A stretch of DNA of 63,380 nt, counting the filler, from Neoconidiobolus thromboides FSU 785 (lineage: Eukaryota; Fungi; Entomophthoromycota): assembly GCA_025603075.1 (NCBI GenBank). It is 11 parts of 11 records of this genome, joined end to end, with 100 filler letters (N's around TTAATTAATTAA, not from the genome) between each part and the next. Parts side by side here need not be neighbours in the genome. Positions count along the whole stretch, not along the records: positions 7,247 to 33,301 come from MU626512.1; 10 more parts are not named here. One strand, 5' to 3'. Made by a program: the position numbers and the translations under genes. Shown here in pieces: positions 13,101 to 24,271 of the stretch. The notes below the pieces were generated by a model. It was not told the origin of the DNA and did not search any database. It saw nothing but the letters and a program-made list of their open reading frames with translations. The stretch's first letter is position 1. Each line of letters begins with the position of its first letter.

Positions 13101-15042
13101 ATTAAGAAGTCCAAAATCCTCGTTTAACAAACGCTTTAAGAGAAAAAATAGACTAGTAATATTATCCATTAATTTAAAAAATAGTAACTTATATATCTAG
13201 ATTAACTCGGATGATGATGAAACAGAAGATGAATCAAAAACATCTGAAAGTGCTGAAGAGGCTGAAGTAGATTTATCAGCTATGACGGAATACCCAATTC
13301 CAAATAGTAGTAGTTTAAATCGCCCTTATGTGAAAACATTAAAACCCGAACTTGATAAATACTTTCCTCAAATTGAAGATGAAGTTGTTTATTTACGTTC
13401 AGGACATCAAGAATTTATTGACAATATAGATCCGGTTTACAAATCGATATTTAATCTTAACATACTGCCTTACATCAAATTCCCCGATTTAACCTTTGCT
13501 GAAATAGGAAGAGTGATTGCTATCATTTATAAAGTAACTGATAATAAATTGACAGCAACTATAAAGATTCGACTTCAGAGCAATAATAAAGTTATTAATG
13601 TTGAGTTGAATGAGGATTTCCCTAGATTTCTTGTGGAAAAAAGATTCTTTGATCTTGCAATGGATCGAGGATATCTAATTGGTACTGAAATTTGCACTAT
13701 CAAAGAGATAGATATCTGTCTTAAAGTTGATAATTTATATTATACTGTTGATCCTTGGAACCAAATTTGGTAATTCAAATAATTTTGTTTATTTATGGTA
13801 TTCATTAATGTATCATTTATTAAGCTCTAACGACAAAAAATATGGGAAATGGGAAATCAGTAGTTATCCATTTAAAGAGGGACCTTATTTTAAATATGAG
13901 ATGGATAATCTTGGACAAGAAACCACAGAAAATTATAAAAAAGTTGTAGAACAACTTATGTACAACGAAGATTTTGTAAACTTTATCAATATGGTAGATT
14001 TGGCAGTTTATTTCAATTACTTTAATCTTGTTGCCTATCCCATGTTTTTACGGCTAATCTATACTCGTTTATTAAATAATTACTACCGTTCGGAACAGGC
14101 GATTGCTAGGGATATCAAACAGATTCAGATTGCTGCTAAAGCATATAATAGGCATGACTCAGAAATTGTAAGGCTATCGAATGAACTTCAGATTGTTTTT
14201 AATGAGCTAGTTAATAGTAAGTGATTTTAATGGCAATATAGAAAAGTAATTAATTTTTTACGATAGAGTTAGTTAAGGTTGCTCAGTTAGATGCTTTATA
14301 TAGTGAAGAAGAAGATAATGAAGGCACTTCAAATAAAATGAGATCTGAGAACGACATTGATTCTGATCAAGAAGTGATTAAAATAAGTAACAGAAGAGGT
14401 AAGAAAGTGATAACCATTAATTCCGAAAGTGAAGCTGGGTCGAACAGTAATAAAACAGATTCAAGCACTAAACCTAAAGAAGATCTATCTCGAACTAATC
14501 TGAGGAAGGGAAGAAAAGGAAGACCAAAGGAGAAGGACACTGACTTTGAACCTGAAAGTACTCCATCTTCAAGTGCTTCTAGCTACTCAGAAGTTCCAGA
14601 AGACAAACCAAAAAACAAATCAAAATTAAAAGGGTTTGTTGTTGGGGAAGATAATGAAGATCAATCGTCTGAGTTTTGTATTCAAAGCAATGAGGGTACT
14701 GAAGAAGATAGTTTGGGTAGTTATGGAAGTTCCGATCAACCCACGAAAAAAAGAACATATAACGGTAAATCCAGTAATAGTAGGGGTAGAGGTAGAGGAA
14801 GAGGCAGAGGGGGAAGTAGAAGGGGAAGGAATGGGGCCGAAAGAGATACAGTGAATAATGTACGAAGTCAAAGAAACCTTCGCGCCACTAGAGCTGATAA
14901 TAGTCAAGCATCTGGATCTAACACTATAGATATGGAATCTGAAGAAGAATACGAGTCTGGGAGGGGCAAAAGGAAATTAAGAAGGAAATCGACTATCAAT
15001 TATTGTGAATTACAGGATGGTAATGATGAAGATATCGAATAA
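10107..15042 (+). CDS. WD40-repeat + bromodomain protein (BRWD/PHIP family), multi-exon
   Basis: WD40 GSDDGSIKVWD...LKGHYSPIS and LYGHTGFIASLFFNGDGTRLLSA; family motif YFPQIEDEVVYLRSGHQEF; bromodomain YPMFLRLIYTRLLNNYYRS...AKAYNRHDS; acidic and RG-rich tail. Confidence 0.88.
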
Positions 15043-15330
15043 AATTAATTTAATAAAGTAAAATAAAAATATATTGTAGCATATTATTTGAGCATGTATT
15101 TACTAAAAAAGACTGTAATGTTAGTAGTTAAACCTAAGTATTAAAAATTTTATATCTTATTTGTTTTGACGTTCTGTTCATTGTATACGTTAAAATTTTA
15201 AACTAATAGCTTAACTCTAAAATAAAAACATGTCTGCATTCTAAAAAAAACATTGTATAAAAATAAAATTAATGTTTAAAAAAATTATAAATTTAAAGAG
15301 CATTTTTATCTAAATAGATGGCTTAACCCA

Positions 15331-16107
15331 TTAACTTATAAATTGTTTTTGTACCTGAACTTTTTTAAGTTTAGCTGATGCATCATCATCCAAAAACCAG
15401 TATAATTGACCATGAGTAGGGTTAACTTGAGCAGCTGGAATACTTGAGTCTTTTTGGTCCAAAATACGTTCAAGCATATCCGCTTTATTATCACCAGTAA
15501 CTACAAAGGCTACTGCATTAGCATGATTGAGGATAGGCATTGTAAATGTAATACGCTTTGGTGGAGGCTTGGGTGAGTCTTCGATTGGGGCAACCCAGAC
15601 GTCTTTTTCTTGTAAGAGTGGATGACCTGGAAATAAAGAGCAAGTGTGACCGTCAGGCCCGATACCTAAAAAGATTAAATCAAAAGTAGGGAATCGTACC
15701 TCATTTTTATCGTTGAACACTTTAACCATGGTACGCTCATAATCGTCTGCAGCTTCTTCAACGTTGTTAACATGCTCAGGATTTAGAGTATAGATTTGTT
15801 CTTGGGGGATACTGGTGTATTGTAATAACTCCTTTTTGGCTAATAAATAATTAGAATCATTATGATCTAATGGTACCAATCTCTCATCAGCAAAAAATAC
15901 GTGCCATTTTGAGTAGTCGACTTCTTTGTTATCTTTTAAAACTTTAGCTAAGGTGTTTGGTAAAGAGCCTCCACTTAAAGCAATAGTAAAACGCCCATGT
16001 TGTTTAATGGAGTGGTTAGAGCAGCGAGTTACTAACTTGTTTAAGGCGTCGCTGACATGGTCAATTGTAGTGAAGCTAAAAATCAGAGGTTCGGTATGTT
16101 GATTCAT
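15331..16107 (-). CDS. SOL3: 6-phosphogluconolactonase
   Basis: ALSGGSLP, FFADERLVPLDHNDSNY, LGIGPDGHTCSLFPG, DSPKPPPKRITFT; intronless. Confidence 0.95.
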   Translation of the reverse strand: MNQHTEPLIFSFTTIDHVSDALNKLVTRCSNHSIKQHGRFTIALSGGSLPNTLAKVLKDNKEVDYSKWHVFFADERLVPLDHNDSNYLLAKKELLQYTSIPQEQIYTLNPEHVNNVEEAADDYERTMVKVFNDKNEVRFPTFDLIFLGIGPDGHTCSLFPGHPLLQEKDVWVAPIEDSPKPPPKRITFTMPILNHANAVAFVVTGDNKADMLERILDQKDSSIPAAQVNPTHGQLYWFLDDDASAKLKKVQVQKQFIS

Positions 16108-16171
16108 TTTTAAATATTAAATGAGCATGAGATTGATCAATTTCTGGTTTATATACTTTTGGTAAAGTCAG

Positions 16172-16223
16172 TGACGTAAATCTGAAGTTAGTGAGTAGCA
16201 GTTTGAATATATATGATTGGCTG
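16172..16223 (-). promoter_or_regulatory. CRE-like TGACGTAA (16172-16179) and CCAAT box (CAGCCAATC, 16215-16223) upstream of the PGL gene
   Basis: Consensus matches 65-115 bp upstream of the ATG in otherwise AT-rich DNA. Confidence 0.4.
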
Positions 16224-16607
16224 TTTTATGTTTTAACTTTGAGACCATTGGACAATTATCCTTGATGATTTGTAAGCTTTAAAATAGGAATTTAAGAATG
16301 ATTTAATTTTTTCATATTACTGTTATCATGTAAGATGATATATTTCAATTAAATAAAGGGTACTACGATTATTTTATAAAAAATTATACTAAAATGAGTA
16401 AAGCTTGAGATTTGCTATAAAACTAGTTTTGAACATAAAAATATTTTTTAAAACAGTTTTTTATGGACAGCTAATATTTAATTGCACTTATAAAAGTTAA
16501 AAATACAATTTATTAAATAATCAAAGCACTAATAAAATATGATTACAATTTTATCAAATTTCAAAAAAAAAAATACAAAATAACTTTCAACTTATTGTAT
16601 TAACTTA

Positions 16608-18706
16608 TTACTGTTCTTCGCTCTGTTTTAGTTCAAAAGTATAAGAATAGCAATTGAGGGCATCAAAGATACATGATTGGCTTATAGGAATATAATGTTT
16701 TGTAATGACTTTGGTTAACTCTTGAGCAACAAGACCACCGATCAAGGAAGAAGTAGTAGCCAAACCTTTCAAATGGGAATGTTTAAGAAGTACATCTAAG
16801 AACTCATTGAACTTGACATTTGATTCAATCATTGAGATATATTTCGATGCATTATAATCGTTCAATAAACTTTTGCACATATCTATTATCTGCGTATTAT
16901 CTTTTTCATTTGAATCTGGATCATTCCCTATATAATTATGCAGCAATTAATGAGTTATTGTAATGATGATTAATATAATTACCTGGACATCTCAATGAAG
17001 AACTAATAATTTTATTGCGAGCTCTAATAATCAACCATAACCAAAGAGGTGACTCAGGGTCTTTAAGATCTGAAAGCTCAAGTAAATTTAAGCTATTATG
17101 TTTTGGCGAAGGTGAAGAATGAGCTGAATCCCACTCTAAGTGTAGTGGAATAGTCTCAGATAAATATAAATAATGGGCATTTTTACAAAATGTTTTTAAT
17201 AAATCTTCTCCAATAACAATTTCATTATCATAGGATGCCTGTATATCATTTAAATGTTTTCTTACAGCTCTTAGATCAATTATACTTTGATTTTGATACA
17301 ACTTTTGAAGTTTGATGTAATTATCAGTACTTGATTTCATATCCGGGATTGTGCCTGAAATTGGTAAATATTTGCTTTCTCCTTCATTTCTATAAAATTC
17401 GTATAATGCTCTTACTAGTACCCAAAATTCATTTGACTAATTTAAAATATAAATACAATTATTCAATATTAAATAAGCCTACTTGTGAGTTTATATACTG
17501 ACATCTAGGATCTTTGAATAAGTCTAAAATGTCTTTAGAAACCTAATAATTATTTCATAAATATCTTGTATCTTATTATTTGCTAATTTAAGCCTACTTC
17601 TCTATAAGTGACTGACCCGTTAATAGCGTTAATTGCTTCTTCAAAATTTTCTTCATCACTTGAAAGCATTCCTTTTTTAACGATTTCTTTCAACTCTTTT
17701 TTCTGACTATAATTACTAGGAAACTTTAATCCATCTTCCTAAAGATATTTTAATAAATATTAAATTACTCCTTGGTATACTTACTCTTGATTCAGCCCAT
17801 TTGTTAATGTAATATAATATGATAATAGCATAAGGTATTTCCCCATGTAACTTTGATTCTTTTATATCTTCAAGATTCCCATAGTAAGTTTTTATATGAT
17901 CCATCAATCCTACAATAGGCTTATCTAACCTTAAATCATTTTTTAGGGCTTGATGAGTTTCAATAACTAAATAAATCCTATTTTAATTGATTAAGTAAAA
18001 ATTATTGTTAAATATTACCTTCATGATTAGAATATGAAATACGGAAATAACCAATGAACCCAAACACGTCAATAACAATCAATGGGATATTTAAAGCATG
18101 TAAAACGATAGAAAGTCGACGAACAAATTCATCGTTGGCTCGAATATCCATACTGACTATTAAAGCACTACAATTGTCAAATAAGTCTACAGATGAAGCT
18201 GTTACATCAGTTGGATCCTAAATTAAGTTTAACGATCATATTAATAACTGTTTCTACTATTACTTTATCAATATAATGCCCTTCGACATTAGGGTTTAAC
18301 TCTTTTAATAAATTAGCATTAAGTTGACCACGTTTTAAATTTTTTGAGCTTTCATTTTGTTGAATAAAGAAATCATTAGCTAAATCATGTTCAGTCACTT
18401 CTTTATCATCAATAATGGTAAATGACCTTATTCCTATATGAAACATATAGTGTTAATTGTTTTTTTTAACTTGAATTATTTCGCTTACCGGCTAATATCA
18501 TATTCTTCATACACTCAGAAGCTGCAGGTGAACATCCTAATACTAATATATTACTTGAAGCCAAAGCTTTTTGCCCAGATTCTGCCCATAACCTTAATAA
18601 AAAGTGAGAAAACACTTTTACTATCCTTTGAATTACTTCTATACCTTAATTGCCTATCATATTTCCTAGTATATTGATCAGGTATCGTTGACTGTACATC
18701 ACTCAT
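16608..18706 (-). CDS. ULA1: NEDD8-activating enzyme E1 regulatory subunit (NAE1/APP-BP1), multi-exon
   Basis: Spliced N-terminus RKYDRQLRLWAESGQKAL; GIRSFTIIDD, NDFF, ELNPNVEG, HGEIPY, IGGLVAQELTKVITKHYIP. Confidence 0.92.
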
Positions 18707-18899
18707 TTTAATAATAAAAAAGCAATTTATTATTTTTCAAATATATTTGTAATGTCACCCTTTTAAAATGATTGGATAAAATACTGGATGATGAGTTTAA
18801 GTGATTTAGCAATTAAAATAATATAACTATATAAAAGCATGATTTAGATAGGTATTAAGTAAAAGATTAAAGTATATAATTGTCGAATATAAATTTTTA

Positions 18900-19802
18900 T
18901 TAAATAAGTAATTCTTTAGTCCAAAATATAGAATCAGCTCCCAAATAGTCAACAGCAAACTGCTTAAATTCTTGTCTAGTAAATGGGGTGTTGGTTTTTG
19001 GATTAATTGCTACCAAATCAGGTTCTTGAACAGCCATAGCAACCCAACTAAGTTTATGTTTGATTTTGTATTCGTTGAAAAACGGATAAGAATTGTTCAT
19101 TTGAGGTTTATTATAGGGAATGACATCTGGTCCACCTAACCCGAATCCATGTTCCAAAGCATTCTCAAAAAAAGTAGACATAAAATTTTTACTATTCTTC
19201 CATTCACAAGGCCAAAAATTAACAAATTGAATTACTTTGCTTTGTTTAAATTGACTTTTTGTATATTTTATGTTGGCCAATTCAGCATCAAAATAGTCAG
19301 CACAATTGAGCTTTGATTCTTCAACTTCAATCGAGGTTTCTGGTAGTATAATACCCTCGATTTTGCCATCAAATTCTTTTGCCAACTTATAAATCAATGC
19401 TTGATAACGATCTCGTACTTCTTTCACCCATTGTTTAGCAACCCATCCAGAACCTTCACTAAATACTTGTTTCTCTAATCCACTTTGATATATAGGGTCA
19501 GTAAGTAAATAGCTGGGAATATTTTTAGCTTTAGGGAGAAAAAATCTATCTTGTAATTGAATATACAATTTACGATTTAACTTCTTCAAATAGCTCAAAT
19601 CTGAGTTAATTTTGGTGAAATTATAGCATCCTTTATTTCCCTCTAACGATTTCCAACTATATAACACTTCTGCGCCATCAATCCCTTCTCTTTTAAGGAT
19701 CGATTCTACCTCTTTTAAATCGATTGATGAAGTATAAATGTAATTCTCTTCCCCAAATGTTACGCTTATTAGAAATAGAAAACAAAGTATTAATAATCTC
19801 AT
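18900..19802 (-). CDS. Secreted glycoside-hydrolase-like TIM-barrel protein, intronless, bacterial-looking
   Basis: Signal peptide MRLLILCFLFLISVTFG; YSWKSLE..G.YNF, IQLQDRFF, FDGKIEGIILPET, GLGGPD, YLGADSIFW motifs. Confidence 0.7.
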   Translation of the reverse strand: MRLLILCFLFLISVTFGEENYIYTSSIDLKEVESILKREGIDGAEVLYSWKSLEGNKGCYNFTKINSDLSYLKKLNRKLYIQLQDRFFLPKAKNIPSYLLTDPIYQSGLEKQVFSEGSGWVAKQWVKEVRDRYQALIYKLAKEFDGKIEGIILPETSIEVEESKLNCADYFDAELANIKYTKSQFKQSKVIQFVNFWPCEWKNSKNFMSTFFENALEHGFGLGGPDVIPYNKPQMNNSYPFFNEYKIKHKLSWVAMAVQEPDLVAINPKTNTPFTRQEFKQFAVDYLGADSIFWTKELLI

Positions 19803-20067
19803 AATAAATAAAATATATTCTATTAATTGGCCCCTATACTATTTAATTTACAATGAAAGAATAAAGTTAAAATAAATAATCTAAAGGGACGCTATTCTCT
19901 ATTTATACAACCAAAAGCCAACTTTTCTAATTACATCATATCTCATAGTTAAAGAATTATTATAATAGTTATTTATAGCAGGATATTAAAAGACTTTAAT
20001 GAATTTAGAGTCACAGTAATTTATTTTTGGCCGCAAAATTAAGCATTCTGGGATTATGTATTCAAAC

Positions 20068-20929
20068 AACGTAAATCCCAGTCAAGTGGGGGAGATCTCA
20101 ATGAAGTGGAAAAGTATTTAAATATTCTTGCATAAAATAGAATAATTAAATAACAAAAATACTTTTCAAAAAAGTTCTATTAATAAAAAACAAAGTTTCA
20201 AAGTAAAGATATTCCATACATATAATATTATATAATTCATAATATTTCTAAAGACTTTATAATCCTTTCAAAAATAAACAAAATAATATAATAGCCTTAC
20301 ATATCAATAATTAAATTATTATCTGTATTTATTTTAATGCTTTTTGTTATCTATTTAGTATCTTTTTTTATATTATAGAATTTTGTATGTAGGTTTTTAT
20401 ACTATTAAAATTAGAAATTGATCTATTTTGTTTAAGTTAAAAATTGACTAAATTTTGGCTAAGTGAATCTACATAATTTTCAGATATAAATACAAAAAAA
20501 AGATACTTTATATCTCAGGTACTTACTGTTAAACACTTAGAACCATAATCAGACCTGACTGTAATTGGGCTATAGCGGTAAGGTTTTACAAAATCTAAAT
20601 TTTAAGAATAAAGATCTCAGGTTTTTAAAAGGATTAAAGTCTTTAGAAATATTATGAATTATATGGGGATGTATTTTTGTGTTTAAGAATTTTATTAACA
20701 AATTTTCCGCTTAAATAGTGCTCAAAAAATGAAAGAAATAATGAAGTCAAAAAAAACATTACCATATAATGTTATATGTATGGAATATCTTTACTTTGAA
20801 ACTTTGTTTTTTGTTAATAGAACTTTTTTGATAAGTATTTTTATTATTTGATTGTTCTGTTTTATGCAGTGACATTCAACTACCTCTCCATTTCATTAAG
20901 ATCTCCTCCACTTAATTGAGATCTATGTT
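20068..20929. mobile_element. Fold-back element: ~208-bp inverted arms (20068-20275 and 20621-20929, the latter interrupted by MITE copy F) around a ~345-bp spacer
   Basis: Hand alignment of left arm with reverse complement of right arm, e.g. identical AAAAAACAAAGTTTCAAAGTAAAGATATTCCATACATATAA. Confidence 0.85.
20661..20767 (+). mobile_element. MITE-like element, copy F (inserted in fold-back arm)
   Basis: ATAT-GGGGATGT...ACATTACC-ATAT; absent from the homologous left arm. Confidence 0.9.
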
Positions 20930-21708
20930 ACATTACGTTATATACTAATTTTTTTGATTTGAGAATCTGATAGAAATGATTAATTTGAATTTTTTAGAAT
21001 TTCTGACATTTTAGATTTATCGGTTACCTTTTGGGTTAACTACGGTCTACTGAATTAGCCATAAGCTGAACAGTATATAGGGAAGCCGTACTTATCTTCT
21101 TATAAGCAACCTTTTTTATCTTTACTTTTGTTCTATTTTAGCTTATATTTATTCTAATAACAAAATATACATTAAATTAAATACATTTTTACTAATATTA
21201 AAATAGCAAAAACTACATAGCATAAATACTAAAAACTTATTAAACTTATAAAGCAGTTTCAAAAGTAATATAAGATTTTTGATTTAAAAAAGTAAGTGTA
21301 ATTGGTTACAATGATGATTCTTACCAGATTCTTCATCAATAAATCTGAAATTTACTTTAAAAGCTACTTATTACTATCACTTATGTTTAGGACTTTTATA
21401 AATTTATATTTAGTATATATATGCCGCATAAATGAATTATACATAATGTTATTCTCTAAATCTTTAAATAGAAATCTAAATATAAGCACATTTTACTTTG
21501 CTTTGTATATTTATTGAGAATATTTTAAAAATAGCTTTAAAAACTTCAGATTTTACTAATAATTTCAAATATGTCTTATTAGGTATTTCATTGTTATATT
21601 TAAATTAAAACTTTAATAAGATTATATCAATAATTATTTTAAAAAAATGTAAATTTATCAATGTGAAATTTGTATTTTAATTTTTGATCGTTGAAAATAT
21701 GTAGAATA

Positions 21709-21812
21709 ATATGGGGGTGTATTTTTGTATAAGAATTTACTAACAACGTTTCTGCTCAAACAAGGCTTAAAAAATGAAAAAAGTAATGAAACCAAAAAAA
21801 ACATCCTCATAT
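21709..21812 (+). mobile_element. MITE-like element, copy G
   Basis: ATATGGGGGTGT...ACATCCTCATAT. Confidence 0.85.
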
Positions 21813-21954
21813 GGTTTAGGTTCTTTTAAATGGGCTATTTTAAAAAGATAATATATAAATTTCAATTTTTTAAGGATGCTAAAATATCTAATATCCTATT
21901 CATGAAAACGTTAAAAAGGTGAAAATTTAATTATAAGCAAAAGAAGATAAAAAA

Positions 21955-22052
21955 CTTGGAATGTTTTTTTGTGTTTAAGAATTTTATTAACAATCTTTCC
22001 ACTCATAGCGCTTAAAAATGGAAAAAATGAAATAAAAAAAACATCACCATAT
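21955..22052 (+). mobile_element. MITE-like element, copy H
   Basis: Core GTGTTTAAGAATTTTATTAACAATCTTTCCACTCATAGCGCTTAAAAATGGAAAA. Confidence 0.8.
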
Positions 22053-22352
22053 GATTTTCATATTTTATATCAATAGTGATAGCCTTAGCTTTTGATACAG
22101 GTCCAAGAACTTTTTTATAAACTCTTAAAAAAATACAATTCTTTAGCTTTTTGAATTTTTTAAGCTATAGATGCCATTAGATTTAAAAGCATTTAACTTA
22201 TAGTTTCAAGAAAAAAGTGTTCTTAAATATTTTATCTTAAATAAGAACTAATATTTGTGTTTGTAGGGTTAAAATAATATTTATGGTGGTAAAACTAACT
22301 CCATAGATATAAACTAAAATAAAATAGTAACACAAAGTATAGTAGATATAGT

Positions 22353-22459
22353 ACATGAAGATATACATTTTTGTTTAAGAATTTTACTAACAATGTTTCT
22401 GCTCAAATAGGGCTCAAGAAAATGGAAAAGGTGATGAAACTAAAAAGAACATTCCTATG
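22353..22459 (+). mobile_element. MITE-like element, copy I
   Basis: Core match, decayed ends. Confidence 0.75.
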
Positions 22460-22537
22460 TTTTATTATGAGAAATAAATAAAGTATGATGAAAGTTTATA
22501 AAATGATACAGAATGAGTGTTAAAAATAATCATCATT

Positions 22538-24271
22538 TTAAGCATCTATATTATCCTTTAAAGAGTCTTCAATAATTTCAATCAGTTTTAAATTATAGTC
22601 ACACATTTTTATAATTGAGGGCACTCTAAACAAAGGTCTTAAAAATTCTTTTCCTTTCTGAATATATGCCATCGTCTCTTCTTGGCCCTCTCCATATCGC
22701 AACATAAAAACTAAGCAGGTAGATACAAGGGCGCAGTTGAGAGTAAGGCTATATTTATGTGAATTTATAGTCGCACTATCAATCACTGAGTAACATTTAT
22801 TGAGTACAATTTTGATACATTTTAATGCATTTATATCACTATTTTTACCAGCTGTACCTTCCCTAAATTCATAGACCTTTTTCTCCATAGATAAAGTGAA
22901 TTGGATTGAATAAATATAATAATTAGTGTGGTGGAAGTAATATGTAATGCAATTTTGGTAGTCTTTAATAGTAGATATTAACTTTTGATTCTCTGAATTT
23001 ATTAAAATATCATTCATAATCCTAATATACTTTTCTTTAGTTGCAACTATTTTGAATGCAAGTTTCTGTAAGATGGCACAAAATTTTACTTGATCTTTGT
23101 TTTCAATTATTTTTTTTTCTTTGATTAATCGTAAATCAAAAAATATAGTACTTATTATATAATAAAATTCGTGTAATTTTAAAAAGCAATATTGCTGAAC
23201 GTCCCTATCATCTTTGCTAAAATCAAAAGGGTATTGACAAAATTTACTTTTGAAATGTTCATCTAATTTTTTCAACTCCAGTGGAAGCATGGGCTCAGCA
23301 ACGTAGGACCCGAAACTCAATAATGTTCCAGTATAGTATGAGTTTAACAAGCAATAAGTGTAAACGCGTCCAGCGTTAACCTCTTTAGACAAATGCCTTG
23401 ATGGCTGATTTAGTCCGATTGTAAATGACATTCTATAACAATGAAATAAGAGGAATTCTTTAAGACAACCAACCCAAGGTATATAAGCTATTCCACTAAT
23501 AATTATAAGTATGGTTTGGATGCTTTCTAAACTTGGCTTGATCCGAGGAACTTTTGAAGCGAATTCATAAAGCTTTCCTTCAAAATATTGAATTAAATCT
23601 TTTACAATTTTGGTTTGCTCCATACATATAAGACCGCTCATAAGGATAGCCGATTTCAAATTGAAGGAACATGATAGAAAGTTAAATCTTGTTTCATCAA
23701 ATAAGGGAAATATTTTGTTGCTGAATTCGAAATAGCTTATTATAGCTTGCTTTATAATTGGGCCAATATTAAACTTATCTTCTTTTGGCACTTTGGGTGT
23801 AAATGTTAATTTCTTAGGTTTAAAGGTTAAGAGACCCAGCTTATCTGTTAACGCAATGAAAAGATTTAAGCCTTTACTAGGGAAAAACGGGGAAGGGTTT
23901 TGGATAAAGTTTAATAAATTTTCCAACAATAATTTTCTTTGAAATTTGTTAAAGATTCCAACGACGTTATATGAAAAATCATAATCCTTGGGTACTTTTA
24001 ACAACTGATGTTTACATTTTTTGGTCTGAGGATGTTTTATGTCTACTTCTTTTATATAAACAAAACTAATTTTTGGGATAACTTTAGGTTCGGAATCGGG
24101 TGAATACTTTTTTGACCCATGTTTATAACCTCCCTTCTTATGATAAATGACTTCTCTATTGAAAGTACATTTTGTATATCTTTTTTTACACCTTGAGCAC
24201 TGAGGTAGTAGTCTATCACATTTAACATGACTTGCAACACATTGGTCACATCGATGTTCTCTTTTATCCAT
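22538..24271 (-). CDS. Zn(II)2Cys6 fungal transcription factor
   Basis: CDQCVASHVKCDRLLPQCSRCKKRYTKC = CX2CX6CX6CX2CX6C; middle-homology-like region FFEFSNKIFPLFDE; 577-aa intronless ORF. Confidence 0.9.
   Translation of the reverse strand: MDKREHRCDQCVASHVKCDRLLPQCSRCKKRYTKCTFNREVIYHKKGGYKHGSKKYSPDSEPKVIPKISFVYIKEVDIKHPQTKKCKHQLLKVPKDYDFSYNVVGIFNKFQRKLLLENLLNFIQNPSPFFPSKGLNLFIALTDKLGLLTFKPKKLTFTPKVPKEDKFNIGPIIKQAIISYFEFSNKIFPLFDETRFNFLSCSFNLKSAILMSGLICMEQTKIVKDLIQYFEGKLYEFASKVPRIKPSLESIQTILIIISGIAYIPWVGCLKEFLLFHCYRMSFTIGLNQPSRHLSKEVNAGRVYTYCLLNSYYTGTLLSFGSYVAEPMLPLELKKLDEHFKSKFCQYPFDFSKDDRDVQQYCFLKLHEFYYIISTIFFDLRLIKEKKIIENKDQVKFCAILQKLAFKIVATKEKYIRIMNDILINSENQKLISTIKDYQNCITYYFHHTNYYIYSIQFTLSMEKKVYEFREGTAGKNSDINALKCIKIVLNKCYSVIDSATINSHKYSLTLNCALVSTCLVFMLRYGEGQEETMAYIQKGKEFLRPLFRVPSIIKMCDYNLKLIEIIEDSLKDNIDA

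Noticed and set aside
21709-22459. CRISPR-like or integron-like reading of the repeat-spacer triplets
   Set aside because: Repeats are ~105 bp and diverged, spacers are irregular, copies occur in both orientations across the window, no cas or integrase gene is present, and an empty site shows insertion.
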